A stretch of 63,990 nt of DNA, the filler included, from Caldilineae bacterium (lineage in GTDB: Bacteria; Chloroflexota; Anaerolineae; DTLA01), in assembly GCA_037446815.1 (NCBI GenBank). It is 3 parts of 3 records of this genome, joined end to end, with 100 filler letters (N's around TTAATTAATTAA, not from the genome) between each part and the next. Parts side by side here need not be neighbours in the genome. Positions count along the whole stretch, not along the records: positions 1 to 26,877 come from JBBIHX010000029.1; 2 more parts are not named here. The stretch is one strand, 5' to 3'. The notes beneath the pieces were generated by a model. That model did no database searches and was not told where the DNA came from. It worked only from the letters and a program-made list of their open reading frames with translations. The translations under genes and the position numbers were made by a program. Shown piece by piece: positions 9,165 through 17,667 of the stretch; positions within the stretch are counted from its first letter, which is position 1, and each line of letters opens with the position of its first letter.

Positions 9165-9840
9165 GCCGGGGTTTGCATCCGCGGATAACACGGATGGGGC
9201 GGATGGGGGGCGGGAGATTGCTCGCGGCTTCGCCGCTCAGCAATGATAGATTGCGGTGGGCGGGGGAGCGGAGCCGCGCGGGGCTAAAGCCGCCGCGCTG
9301 AAGGTGTTGAAGTTGTGGGNNNNNNNNNNNNNNNNNNNNNNNNNNNNNNNNNNNNNNNNNNNNNNNNNNNNNNNNNNNNNNNNNNNNNNNNNNNNNNNNN
9401 NNNNNNNNNNNNNNNNNNNGGAGCGGAGCCGCGCGGGGCTAAAGCCGCCGCGCTGAAGGTGTTGAAGTTGTGGGCGCAGGGCGGGTCCTTGGGGAACGCG
9501 GCCCGATCCTGTCACCCTGAGCGGAGCGAAGGGTCTCGGTTTGCGGGATTCTTCGCGGCTTCGCCGCTCAGATGACGGTCGTATTGTGTCATGCCGAGCC
9601 GAAGGCGATACGCCCTCGCCCTCTGGGAGAGGGCTGGGGTGAGGGTCAAGATTCTTCGCGGCTTCGCCGATCAGGATGACGGCGGGACAGCAACCGCGAA
9701 TAGCGCGAATCCACGCGAATAGATGGCCTCTCTGTACGGTGTTGGGGGCTACCGCGGTTTGTTCTGAACGAGGAGGGCGCGAAGAACACCGAGTTTCTCT
9801 TGTGTCTCTCCGCGCCTTCTCCGTCTCCGCGGTGAACCTT
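9165..9840. repeat. Dense cluster of palindromic REP/MITE-like modules spanning a 100-N gap
   Basis: GATT(G/C)(C/T)TCGCGGCTTCGCCG x3; CGCGCGGGGCTAAAGCCGCCGCGCT on both sides of the gap; 9587-9680 is a near reverse complement of 60232-60326. Confidence 0.8.
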
Positions 9841-9889
9841 ACCCCTTCCCCGTCCATCCGCACGCCAGAGGCCGCGCCCCCGCCAGGAT

Positions 9890-9918
9890 TTGCGCAGAAA
9901 GGCGCCTTATGGTAAAAT
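9890..9918 (+). promoter_or_regulatory. tRNA-His promoter
   Basis: TTGCGC-17 bp-TAAAAT with extended TGn. Confidence 0.6.
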
Positions 9919-9928
9919 GCCGCTGCGT

Positions 9929-10005
9929 GGTGAGCGTAGCCGAGCGGTCAAGGCATCTGACTGTGGATCAGAAGACCGCGGGTTCGAATCCCGCCGCTCA
10001 CCCCA
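9929..10005 (+). tRNA. tRNA-His(GTG)
   Basis: G-1; acceptor stem GTGAGCG/CGCTCAC; anticodon arm TCTGA-CTGTGGA-TCAGA; TTCGAAT loop; C discriminator; encoded CCA. Confidence 0.97.
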
Positions 10006-10011
10006 AACGAA

Positions 10012-10043
10012 AACGGGGACGACGCGCGTCGTCCCCGTTGTTC
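10012..10043. terminator. Probable bidirectional intrinsic terminator
   Basis: Perfect stem AACGGGGACGAC-GCGC-GTCGTCCCCGTT between the convergent tRNA-His and cytochrome b genes. Confidence 0.8.
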
Positions 10044-10064
10044 ATTCCCTCGCGAACCCGGCGC

Positions 10065-10796
10065 CTAGACCGATTTGCGCCAGGGCTCCTTCTGCTCGCG
10101 GGCCAGGATGCGCTCGTACTCCAGCGGGTACTCGTGGCGCATCCGCTCCTCCGTTACTTTCCCCGTGAAAATGGTGGTGTCCAGCGGCACCTTGCCCTGG
10201 GCCAGGTGAGCGTTGTACATGTGCCAGATGAGGATGGCGAGGAAGGCCAGCAGCGCCTCGCCGCCATGGGCCGCCTTGGTCGCCGGGATGAAGTAGCCGG
10301 GCAGCCAGCGCGTGATGATCTCCGGCCACATCAGGAAAGCCCCCGTCAGGAACATGACGATGGTGCCCCAGATCAGCGCCCAGTACTCCACCTTCTCCTT
10401 CCAGTTGAACCGATCGTACTTCGGCAACTCTTTCACCAGGCCCAGGTTATACCCCAGGTGGCGCAGGGCATCGGTAATGTCCTTCAGGCCTGGAATCATG
10501 GAGAACCGATTCGGCGACTTCTTGATGAAGATGCTGCGGAACAGCGCGAACACGTGATAGACCGTCTCAATCCCCATCATGTAGGCGAAAATGTGGTGCA
10601 TGGTCTGCACGGTCTCAATCCCGCCCATAGCATTCATCAGGCTCTGCGCCCACGCGTAGTTATGGAACTTCTGCGGCAGGCCCGTCAGGCACAGCATGCC
10701 GAACGAGATGATGAGCAGGATGTGCTCAATGCGGGCGCTGAGGTCAAACCGAATGAACGTTCGCTGGCTACCGGTGCTCATTTCGTGCGTGCTCAT
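10065..10796 (-). CDS. Membrane cytochrome b subunit (FdnI/HydC family, CbcL-type)
   Basis: RIEH, MHH, YDRFNWKEKVEYWALIWG, AAHGGEA, IWHMY; its ATG overlaps the stop of the multiheme gene. Confidence 0.88.
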   Translation of the reverse strand: MSTHEMSTGSQRTFIRFDLSARIEHILLIISFGMLCLTGLPQKFHNYAWAQSLMNAMGGIETVQTMHHIFAYMMGIETVYHVFALFRSIFIKKSPNRFSMIPGLKDITDALRHLGYNLGLVKELPKYDRFNWKEKVEYWALIWGTIVMFLTGAFLMWPEIITRWLPGYFIPATKAAHGGEALLAFLAILIWHMYNAHLAQGKVPLDTTIFTGKVTEERMRHEYPLEYERILAREQKEPWRKSV

Positions 10797-12892
10797 GAGG
10801 CCTTCCCTCGCTTGAAGTGGTTGACGACCCTGCGGCCAATGTCCGTGAGGACGAAGAACGCCATCGCGCCGATGACCAACGGGATGAGGATGGTGTAGAA
10901 CAGGTTCACGTAGTAGGTCAGCGGCGCACGCTCGCGGGTGATCTTGTAGTGCCCCGCCCACGCCGACGCGAACTGGTCGGGCGCGTCCGGATGACACTGG
11001 CGGCAGGCGTGAATCAAGTTATCGGGGTGCACGCTGGACTTGGGGTCCGTGTGCGACCGAATCTCGTGGATGCCGTGGCAGTCGGTGCACACCGCCTCGT
11101 AGCAGTAGATGCTCGCCGATGGCCATTTCGTCTTGTACAGTTGCACCGTCATGCCGTGGAACTCCTGGGTGTACGTAACGTACACGTCGGGCGACAGGTT
11201 GTATTTGGCCATGAGCGCGGCGTCCGAGTGACACGAAGCGCACAAATCCGGCTCCCCAATGCGGAACTGCGGCGTATTCGGGTCGGGAATCTTGTGCGCG
11301 CCGTGGCAGTACGTGCAGCCCGGCACGTCGGGGTTGCCCGTCAGGAGCGCCTCGCCATGCACACCCTGCTTGTACTCGCCGTATATCGCCGTGTGGCAAC
11401 GGGCGCAGGTCTCCGACGCCGCCTGATTGTTCGTCCGCAACCCCTTCACGTCGTGGACGCCATGGCAATCGGTGCAGATGGGCGTCTGGATGCTGGGATC
11501 TTTCTCGCGCAGCACCGCATGGATGCCATCGCGGTAGTCCCGGTACACGTCCGTGGACAGCCCGTATCGGGCGACCACGTTGGGGTGAGTGTGGCACGTG
11601 GCGCAGAGTTCCGGGCTAGCCTCGCGGAATTCGCCCGTGCGCGGGTCGGGCATCTGGTGCGCGCCGTGGCAATCCTCGCAGACCGGCACGTAGGGGTTGT
11701 CTTCCTCTTTGGCGATGACACTCCCGTGGGCGCTCTTCCGGTAGGTATCCAGAATGGAGGTGTGGCACCCATCCTGGCCGCACGTCTGCGAGAGTCGGTA
11801 CCGCGGCTCGTCGGGCGGAGTAATGTCGTGTCCGCCGTGGCATTCCACGCACGTGGGCACATCGCGGTTGCCCTGGGCCAGCAGGCGGTAGTGGATGCTG
11901 TCGTGCTGCGCCTCGGTGATTTCGGCGTGGCAGGTTACGCAGGCCTCGGCTCGGCTAACGGTGAAGGCGCGGCAGTCCTCCGCTTCCAGTTTCGGATGCG
12001 GGTAGCCGGTGATGTTGGTATGGCAGCCGGTGCAGGTGATGCCCGCTTTTCCGTGCACAGACTGGCTCAGCGTGGTTGCATCCACCGTGAGCGACACCGT
12101 CTCGCCGCAGCCCGGGAAGGTATACGACAGGCCCGGTTTGGAGTGGCAGGCCAAACACCCCGAATCATCCATAGGGCCTGTGGGCGTCGGCTGGGGAACG
12201 GGCGCGGCGCCGCTCTCCGGGTGGCAGGCAGCGCACGTGCTCTCGGCGCGGTTGGCGTGGTCCGCCGGCAACTTGCTCGCCGGGTGGCACATCAGGCACG
12301 CCTCCCGCCCCGCGATGGGGTGCGGAGTGGAGGGCGCTGCGGGCGGCGCCGGTGGCTGCGCGGATGCCTCCGGGTGGCAGGCGGCGCACGTGCTCTCGGC
12401 GCGGTTCGCGTGGTCCGCCGGCAACTTGCTCGCCGGGTGGCACATCAGGCACGCCTCCCGCCCCGCGATGGGGTGCGGAGTGGAGGGCGCTGCGGGCGGC
12501 GCCGGTGGCTGCGCGGATGCCTCCGGGTGGCAGGCGGCGCACGTGCTCTCGGCGCGGTTCGCGTGGTCCGCCGGCAACTTGCTCGTCGGGTGGCACGTCA
12601 GGCACGCCTCCCGCCCCGCGATGGGGTGCGGCGTGGTCGGCGCTCCGCCCGATGTCGGCGTCGTGGTCACCGATGTTGGCGCTTCCGGATGGCAGAAGAC
12701 GCAACTCGCCTCGGAACGTCCGGAGTGATCGGCGGGGAGGGTATTGGTCGGATGACACGTTAGGCACTGCTCGCGACCTGCGATGGGGTGGGGTGTCGGC
12801 TTGCCCTGGGCCCAGACCAGCACGCTCAACAACGTCGTGCCGAGCAGCAGGGCCAGCAGCACGGACACCGTTATCCGGCTACGTGGCTTCAT
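10793..12892 (-). CDS. Membrane-anchored multiheme cytochrome c (20 CxxCH + 1 CxxxxCH)
   Basis: Signal peptide, heme motifs counted by eye, C-terminal TM helix, GGAGG RBS. Confidence 0.93.
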   Translation of the reverse strand: MKPRSRITVSVLLALLLGTTLLSVLVWAQGKPTPHPIAGREQCLTCHPTNTLPADHSGRSEASCVFCHPEAPTSVTTTPTSGGAPTTPHPIAGREACLTCHPTSKLPADHANRAESTCAACHPEASAQPPAPPAAPSTPHPIAGREACLMCHPASKLPADHANRAESTCAACHPEASAQPPAPPAAPSTPHPIAGREACLMCHPASKLPADHANRAESTCAACHPESGAAPVPQPTPTGPMDDSGCLACHSKPGLSYTFPGCGETVSLTVDATTLSQSVHGKAGITCTGCHTNITGYPHPKLEAEDCRAFTVSRAEACVTCHAEITEAQHDSIHYRLLAQGNRDVPTCVECHGGHDITPPDEPRYRLSQTCGQDGCHTSILDTYRKSAHGSVIAKEEDNPYVPVCEDCHGAHQMPDPRTGEFREASPELCATCHTHPNVVARYGLSTDVYRDYRDGIHAVLREKDPSIQTPICTDCHGVHDVKGLRTNNQAASETCARCHTAIYGEYKQGVHGEALLTGNPDVPGCTYCHGAHKIPDPNTPQFRIGEPDLCASCHSDAALMAKYNLSPDVYVTYTQEFHGMTVQLYKTKWPSASIYCYEAVCTDCHGIHEIRSHTDPKSSVHPDNLIHACRQCHPDAPDQFASAWAGHYKITRERAPLTYYVNLFYTILIPLVIGAMAFFVLTDIGRRVVNHFKRGKAS
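12215..12631 (-). repeat. 153-bp near-identical tandem repeat encoding a 51-aa diheme module
   Basis: TCCGGGTGGCAGG at 12216, 12369 and 12522; a fourth, diverged module extends to ~12790. Confidence 0.9.
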
Positions 12893-12940
12893 CGTTCGTC
12901 CTCCACAAGAGGGGCATATGCGGTAGCAATGGGATTCACC

Positions 12941-12978
12941 TTGTGAATTGGCGCACACTATCGTGCAGCATATCACAA
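12941..12978. promoter_or_regulatory. Two tandem Rex-like operator boxes
   Basis: TTGTGAA-TTGG-CGCACAC and TCGTGCA-GCAT-ATCACAA versus the Rex consensus TTGTGAA-n4-TTCACAA; the second box overlaps the -10. Confidence 0.5.
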
Positions 12979-12995
12979 CCTTCGCATACTGTCAA
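12967..12995 (-). promoter_or_regulatory. Sigma70-type promoter of the multiheme/cytochrome b operon
   Basis: TTGACA-17 bp-TATGCT on the minus strand. Confidence 0.7.
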
Positions 12996-13037
12996 GTTTG
13001 CCGCAACTCTTGTAAAGCCAAGTCAAACACACTGGGC

Positions 13038-13187
13038 GATTCGGTTCCAAAGTCTGTTGGTACCCGTCATTGCGAGGGCACGCAGTGCCCGAAGCAATCT
13101 CCGGGGCGTGGGATTGCTTCGCTTCGCTCGCAATGACACACGAAGAGAGTGCGCGCACGGTTCACCAACACAGTTTGGAACCGAATC
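13038..13187 (+). mobile_element. ~150-bp MITE-like element, copy 1
   Basis: Terminal inverted repeats GATTCGGTTCCAAAGTCTGTTGGT / ACCAACACAGTTTGGAACCGAATC enclosing a GTCATTGCGAG...CTCGCAATGAC palindrome. Confidence 0.75.
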
Positions 13188-13377
13188 CCCTGGGCCGGTG
13201 GGCTTCCTCGGGGACATTCCTGCCTCTTCGTTCTCCGCAGGAGCTTGTCCGACACGGTGCAGGCGGCCGCCGACCGGCGATAAGCCACGGCCCGGCGCGC
13301 CGCTCCCTGAGAACGCGAAAAGCAAAGAGGACGCCGAAAGCGTCCTCTTTGCAGCGTCTCGCACGAGGTAAGCGCGC

Positions 13378-15618
13378 TTACTTCTGCCAGGATCGCAGGA
13401 ACTGCACCAACGCGCCGATTTCGGCGGGGCTGAGCGTGCCGCCAAACGCAGGCATGCTCTCCTTGCCGTCGCGGATGACGCGCGCAAGGTCGTCATCCGT
13501 ATGCGCGCTCAGGTACTGGGGCGAGTTGATGGGCTCTTTGGCGATCGGGCCGCCCTGGCCACTATCGCCGTGGCACGCTGCGCACAGCCGCGCATACATG
13601 GCCGCACCGTCCGGGGCAGCAGCCGGGCTAGGCGCTGTCGTCGGCGTTACGGTGTGAGCCGGCCCCGACACGCCCGTCGCGGTCGGCGCGGGAGTGGGCG
13701 CCTTGCCGCTGAACGACAGCATGTACAGGGCCAGGCTCTCCAGTTCCACGTCCGTGAGTTTGGCATACGGCGGCATCGTGGAGTCTGGATCCAGGCTCTT
13801 CGGGTCTGCGACGTACTGCTTCAGGAAAGCGAGGTCGCGGCTCTCGCCGATACGGGTGAGGTCAGGCCCCAGCGTTCCGCCCCGGCCTTGCAGGGCATGG
13901 CATACGCTGCACCCCTGCTCATCGTAGACGACCTTGCCGGCCTCCACCGACGGGCCGGCCGCCAGCGCGCCCCCGGTCAGCCCGGCCAGGTAGTCGGCGA
14001 TGGCCTGGATGTCCTCCGGCGCAAGGGCGTGGACCGGCATCCGCGTATTGGGCAGCACAACGGTAGGGTCTTGGAGATACCGCACCAGCCAAGCCCGATC
14101 GCGGCGTGCACCTACTGCGCTCAGGTCAGGCCCGGTGATGCCCCCCATGCCGTCAATCGTGTGGCACGCGGGGCACCCTTGAGCCAGATACTTGGCCTGC
14201 CCGGGGGATACGGGGGTCGGCGAGGGTAGCCCGGCCTTCGGGGGCGTGGTCAACGTGAGCAGATATGCTGTCAGCGCGATCAAGTCGCGGTTGTCCAAGG
14301 TGTAGGCAGGCATAAGGGAGGAACCGGCCGCCGGCCGCAGGTGGGCAATGAGCGCCTCCGGATCCAGGCGCGTACCCACGCCCGCCAGGTCTGGCCCGCG
14401 TGTGCCGCCCACGCCGTCAATCGCATGGCATACGGCGCATGCGCTCTCCTTGTAAATCTGGCGGCCCTCCTCCTCAATCGGCGTGAGCCGCGTGATCTCC
14501 AGCCGCGTAACCTGGGCCGGCTCGGGCGACGGCGCAAGCGCGCCCTGCACGGTCAGGGCGACTATCCCCGCGACCGCCAGAATCGCCAAGATCGTTACCG
14601 CGGGGCGATCCAGCGGATGCCGATAGCGATTGCGATCCAGAAAAGGCAACAGCAGCAGAATCAGCACGCCGGCCAGCGGGAAGACCAACGTCCCGAGAAT
14701 CTCCCATTCCGGCTTCAGCAAGCGCAGGAACTGGAACAAGAACAGGAAATACCACTCCGGGCGGGGCACGAAGTCGGTGGCGGTGGGATCGGCCTTGGGT
14801 TCCGGCTTCACCCCCACAAAGATCGCCAGCGCCGCCAGAATCGCGAAGACAACCAAGAACGCCAGGCTGTCCTTGAAGATCACATGAGGGTAGAACGTAT
14901 GGCCACCCTTCTTCCGCTCCGAGTAGAATGCCTGATACCCCTGCGGGTCAGAGGGCACCGGCACCTTGCGTTCTGGAGGGTTGGAGATGCCCTGACGCAC
15001 CACCAGATACAGGTGCGGCCCAAAGAGGAGGACCGCCGCCAGCGGCAAGAAAATCACGTGCAGCGAGAAGAACCGCGCCAGCGTTACCGCGCCAACCTCG
15101 GTACCGCCGCGTGCCAATTGCAGCAAGGTCGGGCCGACGACGGGAATCGTCCCGATGATCTCGGTAACGACCGTCGTCCCCCAATAGGACACCTGATTCC
15201 ACGGAAGCAGGTATCCCGTCAGGGCCAGAGCCAACGCGGCCAGCAGGAGGCCAACGCCGATAAGCCAATTCGCCTCGCGCGGGTATTTGTAGGCGCCGAA
15301 GAAGAGCACGCGGAGCAGATGCAGCACCATCAGCACGATGAGCGCGCTGGCCGACCAGTGATGCAGGCCGCGGATAAAACCGCCAAACAGCACCTCATGG
15401 GTGATGTACTCCACGCTCTCGTATGCCTGATCCACCGACGGGACATAGTACAGCGTGAGGAAGATGCCCGTGATGCCCTGAATCAAGGCCGTGAGCATGG
15501 TGGCGCTCCCGAAGATGTACCACCAGCCCACTCCACGGGGCACGGGCCGGTACAAGAAGCCCGCCAGAAGGTTGCGGATGCCCGTTCGCTCGTCAATCCA
15601 ATCCAGCAGTCGGCGCAT
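13378..15618 (-). CDS. Rieske/cytochrome b complex cytochrome b (PetB+PetD-like regions) fused to four monoheme c-type domains
   Basis: GLHHW, LHLLR, SLHV and PHLY heme-b His; TGYLLPWNQ; RPEWYF; then CAVCH, CPACH, CSVCH and CAACH, each followed by a MP motif. Confidence 0.92.
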   Translation of the reverse strand: MRRLLDWIDERTGIRNLLAGFLYRPVPRGVGWWYIFGSATMLTALIQGITGIFLTLYYVPSVDQAYESVEYITHEVLFGGFIRGLHHWSASALIVLMVLHLLRVLFFGAYKYPREANWLIGVGLLLAALALALTGYLLPWNQVSYWGTTVVTEIIGTIPVVGPTLLQLARGGTEVGAVTLARFFSLHVIFLPLAAVLLFGPHLYLVVRQGISNPPERKVPVPSDPQGYQAFYSERKKGGHTFYPHVIFKDSLAFLVVFAILAALAIFVGVKPEPKADPTATDFVPRPEWYFLFLFQFLRLLKPEWEILGTLVFPLAGVLILLLLPFLDRNRYRHPLDRPAVTILAILAVAGIVALTVQGALAPSPEPAQVTRLEITRLTPIEEEGRQIYKESACAVCHAIDGVGGTRGPDLAGVGTRLDPEALIAHLRPAAGSSLMPAYTLDNRDLIALTAYLLTLTTPPKAGLPSPTPVSPGQAKYLAQGCPACHTIDGMGGITGPDLSAVGARRDRAWLVRYLQDPTVVLPNTRMPVHALAPEDIQAIADYLAGLTGGALAAGPSVEAGKVVYDEQGCSVCHALQGRGGTLGPDLTRIGESRDLAFLKQYVADPKSLDPDSTMPPYAKLTDVELESLALYMLSFSGKAPTPAPTATGVSGPAHTVTPTTAPSPAAAPDGAAMYARLCAACHGDSGQGGPIAKEPINSPQYLSAHTDDDLARVIRDGKESMPAFGGTLSPAEIGALVQFLRSWQK

Positions 15619-15626
15619 GGTCCACC

Positions 15627-16127
15627 TCACTCTCCCTGGGGCTGAATCTCGCCCAGGAACAACTGTCCATTCTCCACCTTCACCGCGTACCGGTCCAGCG
15701 GGCGAGGAGCAGGCCCTGCCACAACCCTGCCCTCGGCGTCAAACACCGCCGCGTGGCACGGGCAGAAGAACTGTTGAGCCTTGCCGTTCCACTGGACGCC
15801 GCACCCCAGATGCGTACACTTCGGACTGAACACGGTGAAGCGGTCGCCATCTTCGCGGCGCACATAGACGGAGACATGCTGCTCCTTCGTAACCCACCCA
15901 TCCTTCACCACGCGCGAGAAGATGGCGAGCACGGGCTGACCTTGGGGGAAATCGGACGCGGGGCCCACCTCGTGCCACTGGGAGGGCTTGGTGCCGAGAA
16001 GCGGGGATAGGACATATGCCACGGCAGGGATGCCGACTGCTGCCGCAACAATACCCCCTATCGTTGCGATGATGCCGCCGAGAAATCCTCGTCGGCTTAC
16101 GCCAGGGCCATCGGTGCCTTCGGTCAT
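15627..16127 (-). CDS. Rieske 2Fe-2S subunit of a quinol:cytochrome c oxidoreductase
   Basis: Tat motif SRRGFL, TM helix, CTHLGC, CPCH, GPAPRPL; GAGGAGG RBS. Confidence 0.94.
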   Translation of the reverse strand: MTEGTDGPGVSRRGFLGGIIATIGGIVAAAVGIPAVAYVLSPLLGTKPSQWHEVGPASDFPQGQPVLAIFSRVVKDGWVTKEQHVSVYVRREDGDRFTVFSPKCTHLGCGVQWNGKAQQFFCPCHAAVFDAEGRVVAGPAPRPLDRYAVKVENGQLFLGEIQPQGE

Positions 16128-16343
16128 GGTTGCCTCCTCATATGAAAGGTTTCCGTCCACTGCTGTGACGCCAAGCAGCGAAGGGGCACGGTGGGAACGC
16201 CCCTTAACTTCACTGAAGTTGCCCAATAACTGCGATCTCGCGCATCACGCGGGGCACGCCTGGTTCCGCTGCAAGACGGTCTCCACAATGAGAACGGTGC
16301 ACACGGTGCGCCGCCTCACGCCGGGAACCCGACCATGATGTGC

Positions 16344-16372
16344 ATTATACCACGCCTGGTGAGCCTTGTCAA
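16344..16372 (-). promoter_or_regulatory. Consensus sigma70 promoter for the Rieske-cytochrome b operon
   Basis: TTGACA-17 bp-TATAAT with TGn on the minus strand. Confidence 0.85.
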
Positions 16373-16472
16373 TGCATTTGACATTGAATAGTTTGGTTTC
16401 TTATGGCAGGATTTGTATGCACAAAATTATATGAGAAAATACTGTGATTACTACGCATATAGTGCCGCCATA

Positions 16473-16502
16473 TTGACAAATCCCCCAAAAGTGTGCTATA
16501 AT
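16473..16502 (+). promoter_or_regulatory. Consensus sigma70 promoter, divergent, toward the dksA-like gene
   Basis: TTGACA-18 bp-TATAAT with TGn. Confidence 0.8.
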
Positions 16503-16817
16503 ACGGCAGCATGGGGCAACGGGCGGGCGCAGACCCGCCCAGGTGTTTCTCTCCGCAATGGGCTGCCCCCGCGGGCTGCTGAGGGCACTGGCGTCGCCCG
16601 GCAAGGCGGCCCATGGGCCCGCCGGGGCAAAGCCGAGGAACCCTGGTTCCCGCGCCGTAGAACATGGACGTCGCACCGCCGCTGCGCACGCCTTTGGCGT
16701 TAGCGTCTGCGCCGCGCCCCATCCAATGTTGTGGAGGAGTTGCACGTGTCGGACGCAGTAGATGGGCAGGGAAGCGCCGTGAATCTGCCGCGCGCCACCG
16801 GTTCGGGAGGGGTGATG

Positions 16818-17183
16818 ATGGCCCACCCTCGGACGCAAAAAGAGAAGGTCGCCGTGAGCGAACGGGAAGCGAAGTACCGAGAACGGTTACAGAAAGAAAT
16901 AGACGACGTTCGGCGCAGCCTGGCCGAGGTGGAAGAGCGCCTGGCTGAAAAGGGCGACTATACCCTCGGCGAGGGCGATCCTGCCATCTACTTGTGGGAG
17001 ATGAACCTGGCGCGGCGACAGCGCCTGCAAGCGCGCCTGGACGAACTCCAGGCGGCCATGGCACGGTTGGATCGCGGAACCTACGAACAGTGTTCGGTCT
17101 GCGGCGGCCGCATTGAGGCGGACCGCCTGGAACTGTTGCCCACGACCCGCACGTGCAGCGAGTGCGCGCGGAAAGGGCGGTAG
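16818..17183 (+). CDS. TraR/DksA C4-type zinc finger protein
   Basis: Coiled coil then GTYEQCSVCGGRIEADRLELLPTTRTCSEC; start codon uncertain (16812-16854). Confidence 0.85.
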   Translation: MAHPRTQKEKVAVSEREAKYRERLQKEIDDVRRSLAEVEERLAEKGDYTLGEGDPAIYLWEMNLARRQRLQARLDELQAAMARLDRGTYEQCSVCGGRIEADRLELLPTTRTCSECARKGR

Positions 17184-17317
17184 TTTGACAACCTGGCCCG
17201 GTTGCCCTGGGCAAGAGGGCACCGCCGCTGTGTCTCTCGCTTGGTGTGCCCGTGGCGCGGGCGCAAGCGGGGACTGGCCCGCCCAGCGCGAGCACGGGTC
17301 GCTTGTTCGGGCCACAG

Positions 17318-17468
17318 GACTCGGTTCCAAAGTCTGTTGGCATCTACTGTCATTCTGAGCGGCGAAGCCGCGAAGAATCTCGCTGACCGAGATGCTTCGC
17401 CTTCGGCTCAGCATGACAGAGTGGAGAGGCGGTGCGAGGGACAGACCAACACAAGACGCAACCGACTC
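17318..17468 (+). mobile_element. ~150-bp MITE-like element, copy 2
   Basis: GACTCGGTTCCAAAGTCTGTTGG...CCAACACAAGACGCAACCGACTC with a GTCATTCTGAGCGGCGAAG...CATGAC core. Confidence 0.7.
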
Positions 17469-17483
17469 GGCCACAGGCCCGAT

Positions 17484-17512
17484 TTGCCGATTGGGGCCTT
17501 TCAGACTATAAT
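17484..17512 (+). promoter_or_regulatory. Promoter of the sigma factor gene
   Basis: TTGCCG-17 bp-TATAAT. Confidence 0.7.
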
Positions 17513-17667
17513 AAGTGTTTGCTGCCAAAGTCGGTAGCACTTATCGCGGTACGCGGTGGACGGCGAAGGTGCGCGAGCGCGCGCCTTTTTGCTGTCGCTG
17601 ACCGACTTGCAGTCTCAGTGACATCACGTCCGGGGCCGCTGCCCCGTGCATCATACGAGGTGATCCA

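Noticed and set aside
9265..9474. Identical ~55-bp sequence on both sides of the gap as a true tandem duplication
   Set aside because: Equally explained by overlapping contig ends in a repeat; cannot be resolved without reads.
9929..10005. tRNA-anchored genomic island or prophage (also at tRNA-Pro)
   Set aside because: No integrase, no duplicated tRNA 3' end seen, and the flanking genes share the host codon signature.
16510..16570. ANTAR twin-hairpin target or c-di-GMP riboswitch
   Set aside because: GCAA(C/T)GGGC gives 5-nt loops with 2-bp stems rather than hexaloops, and the GEMM-I/II consensus elements are absent.
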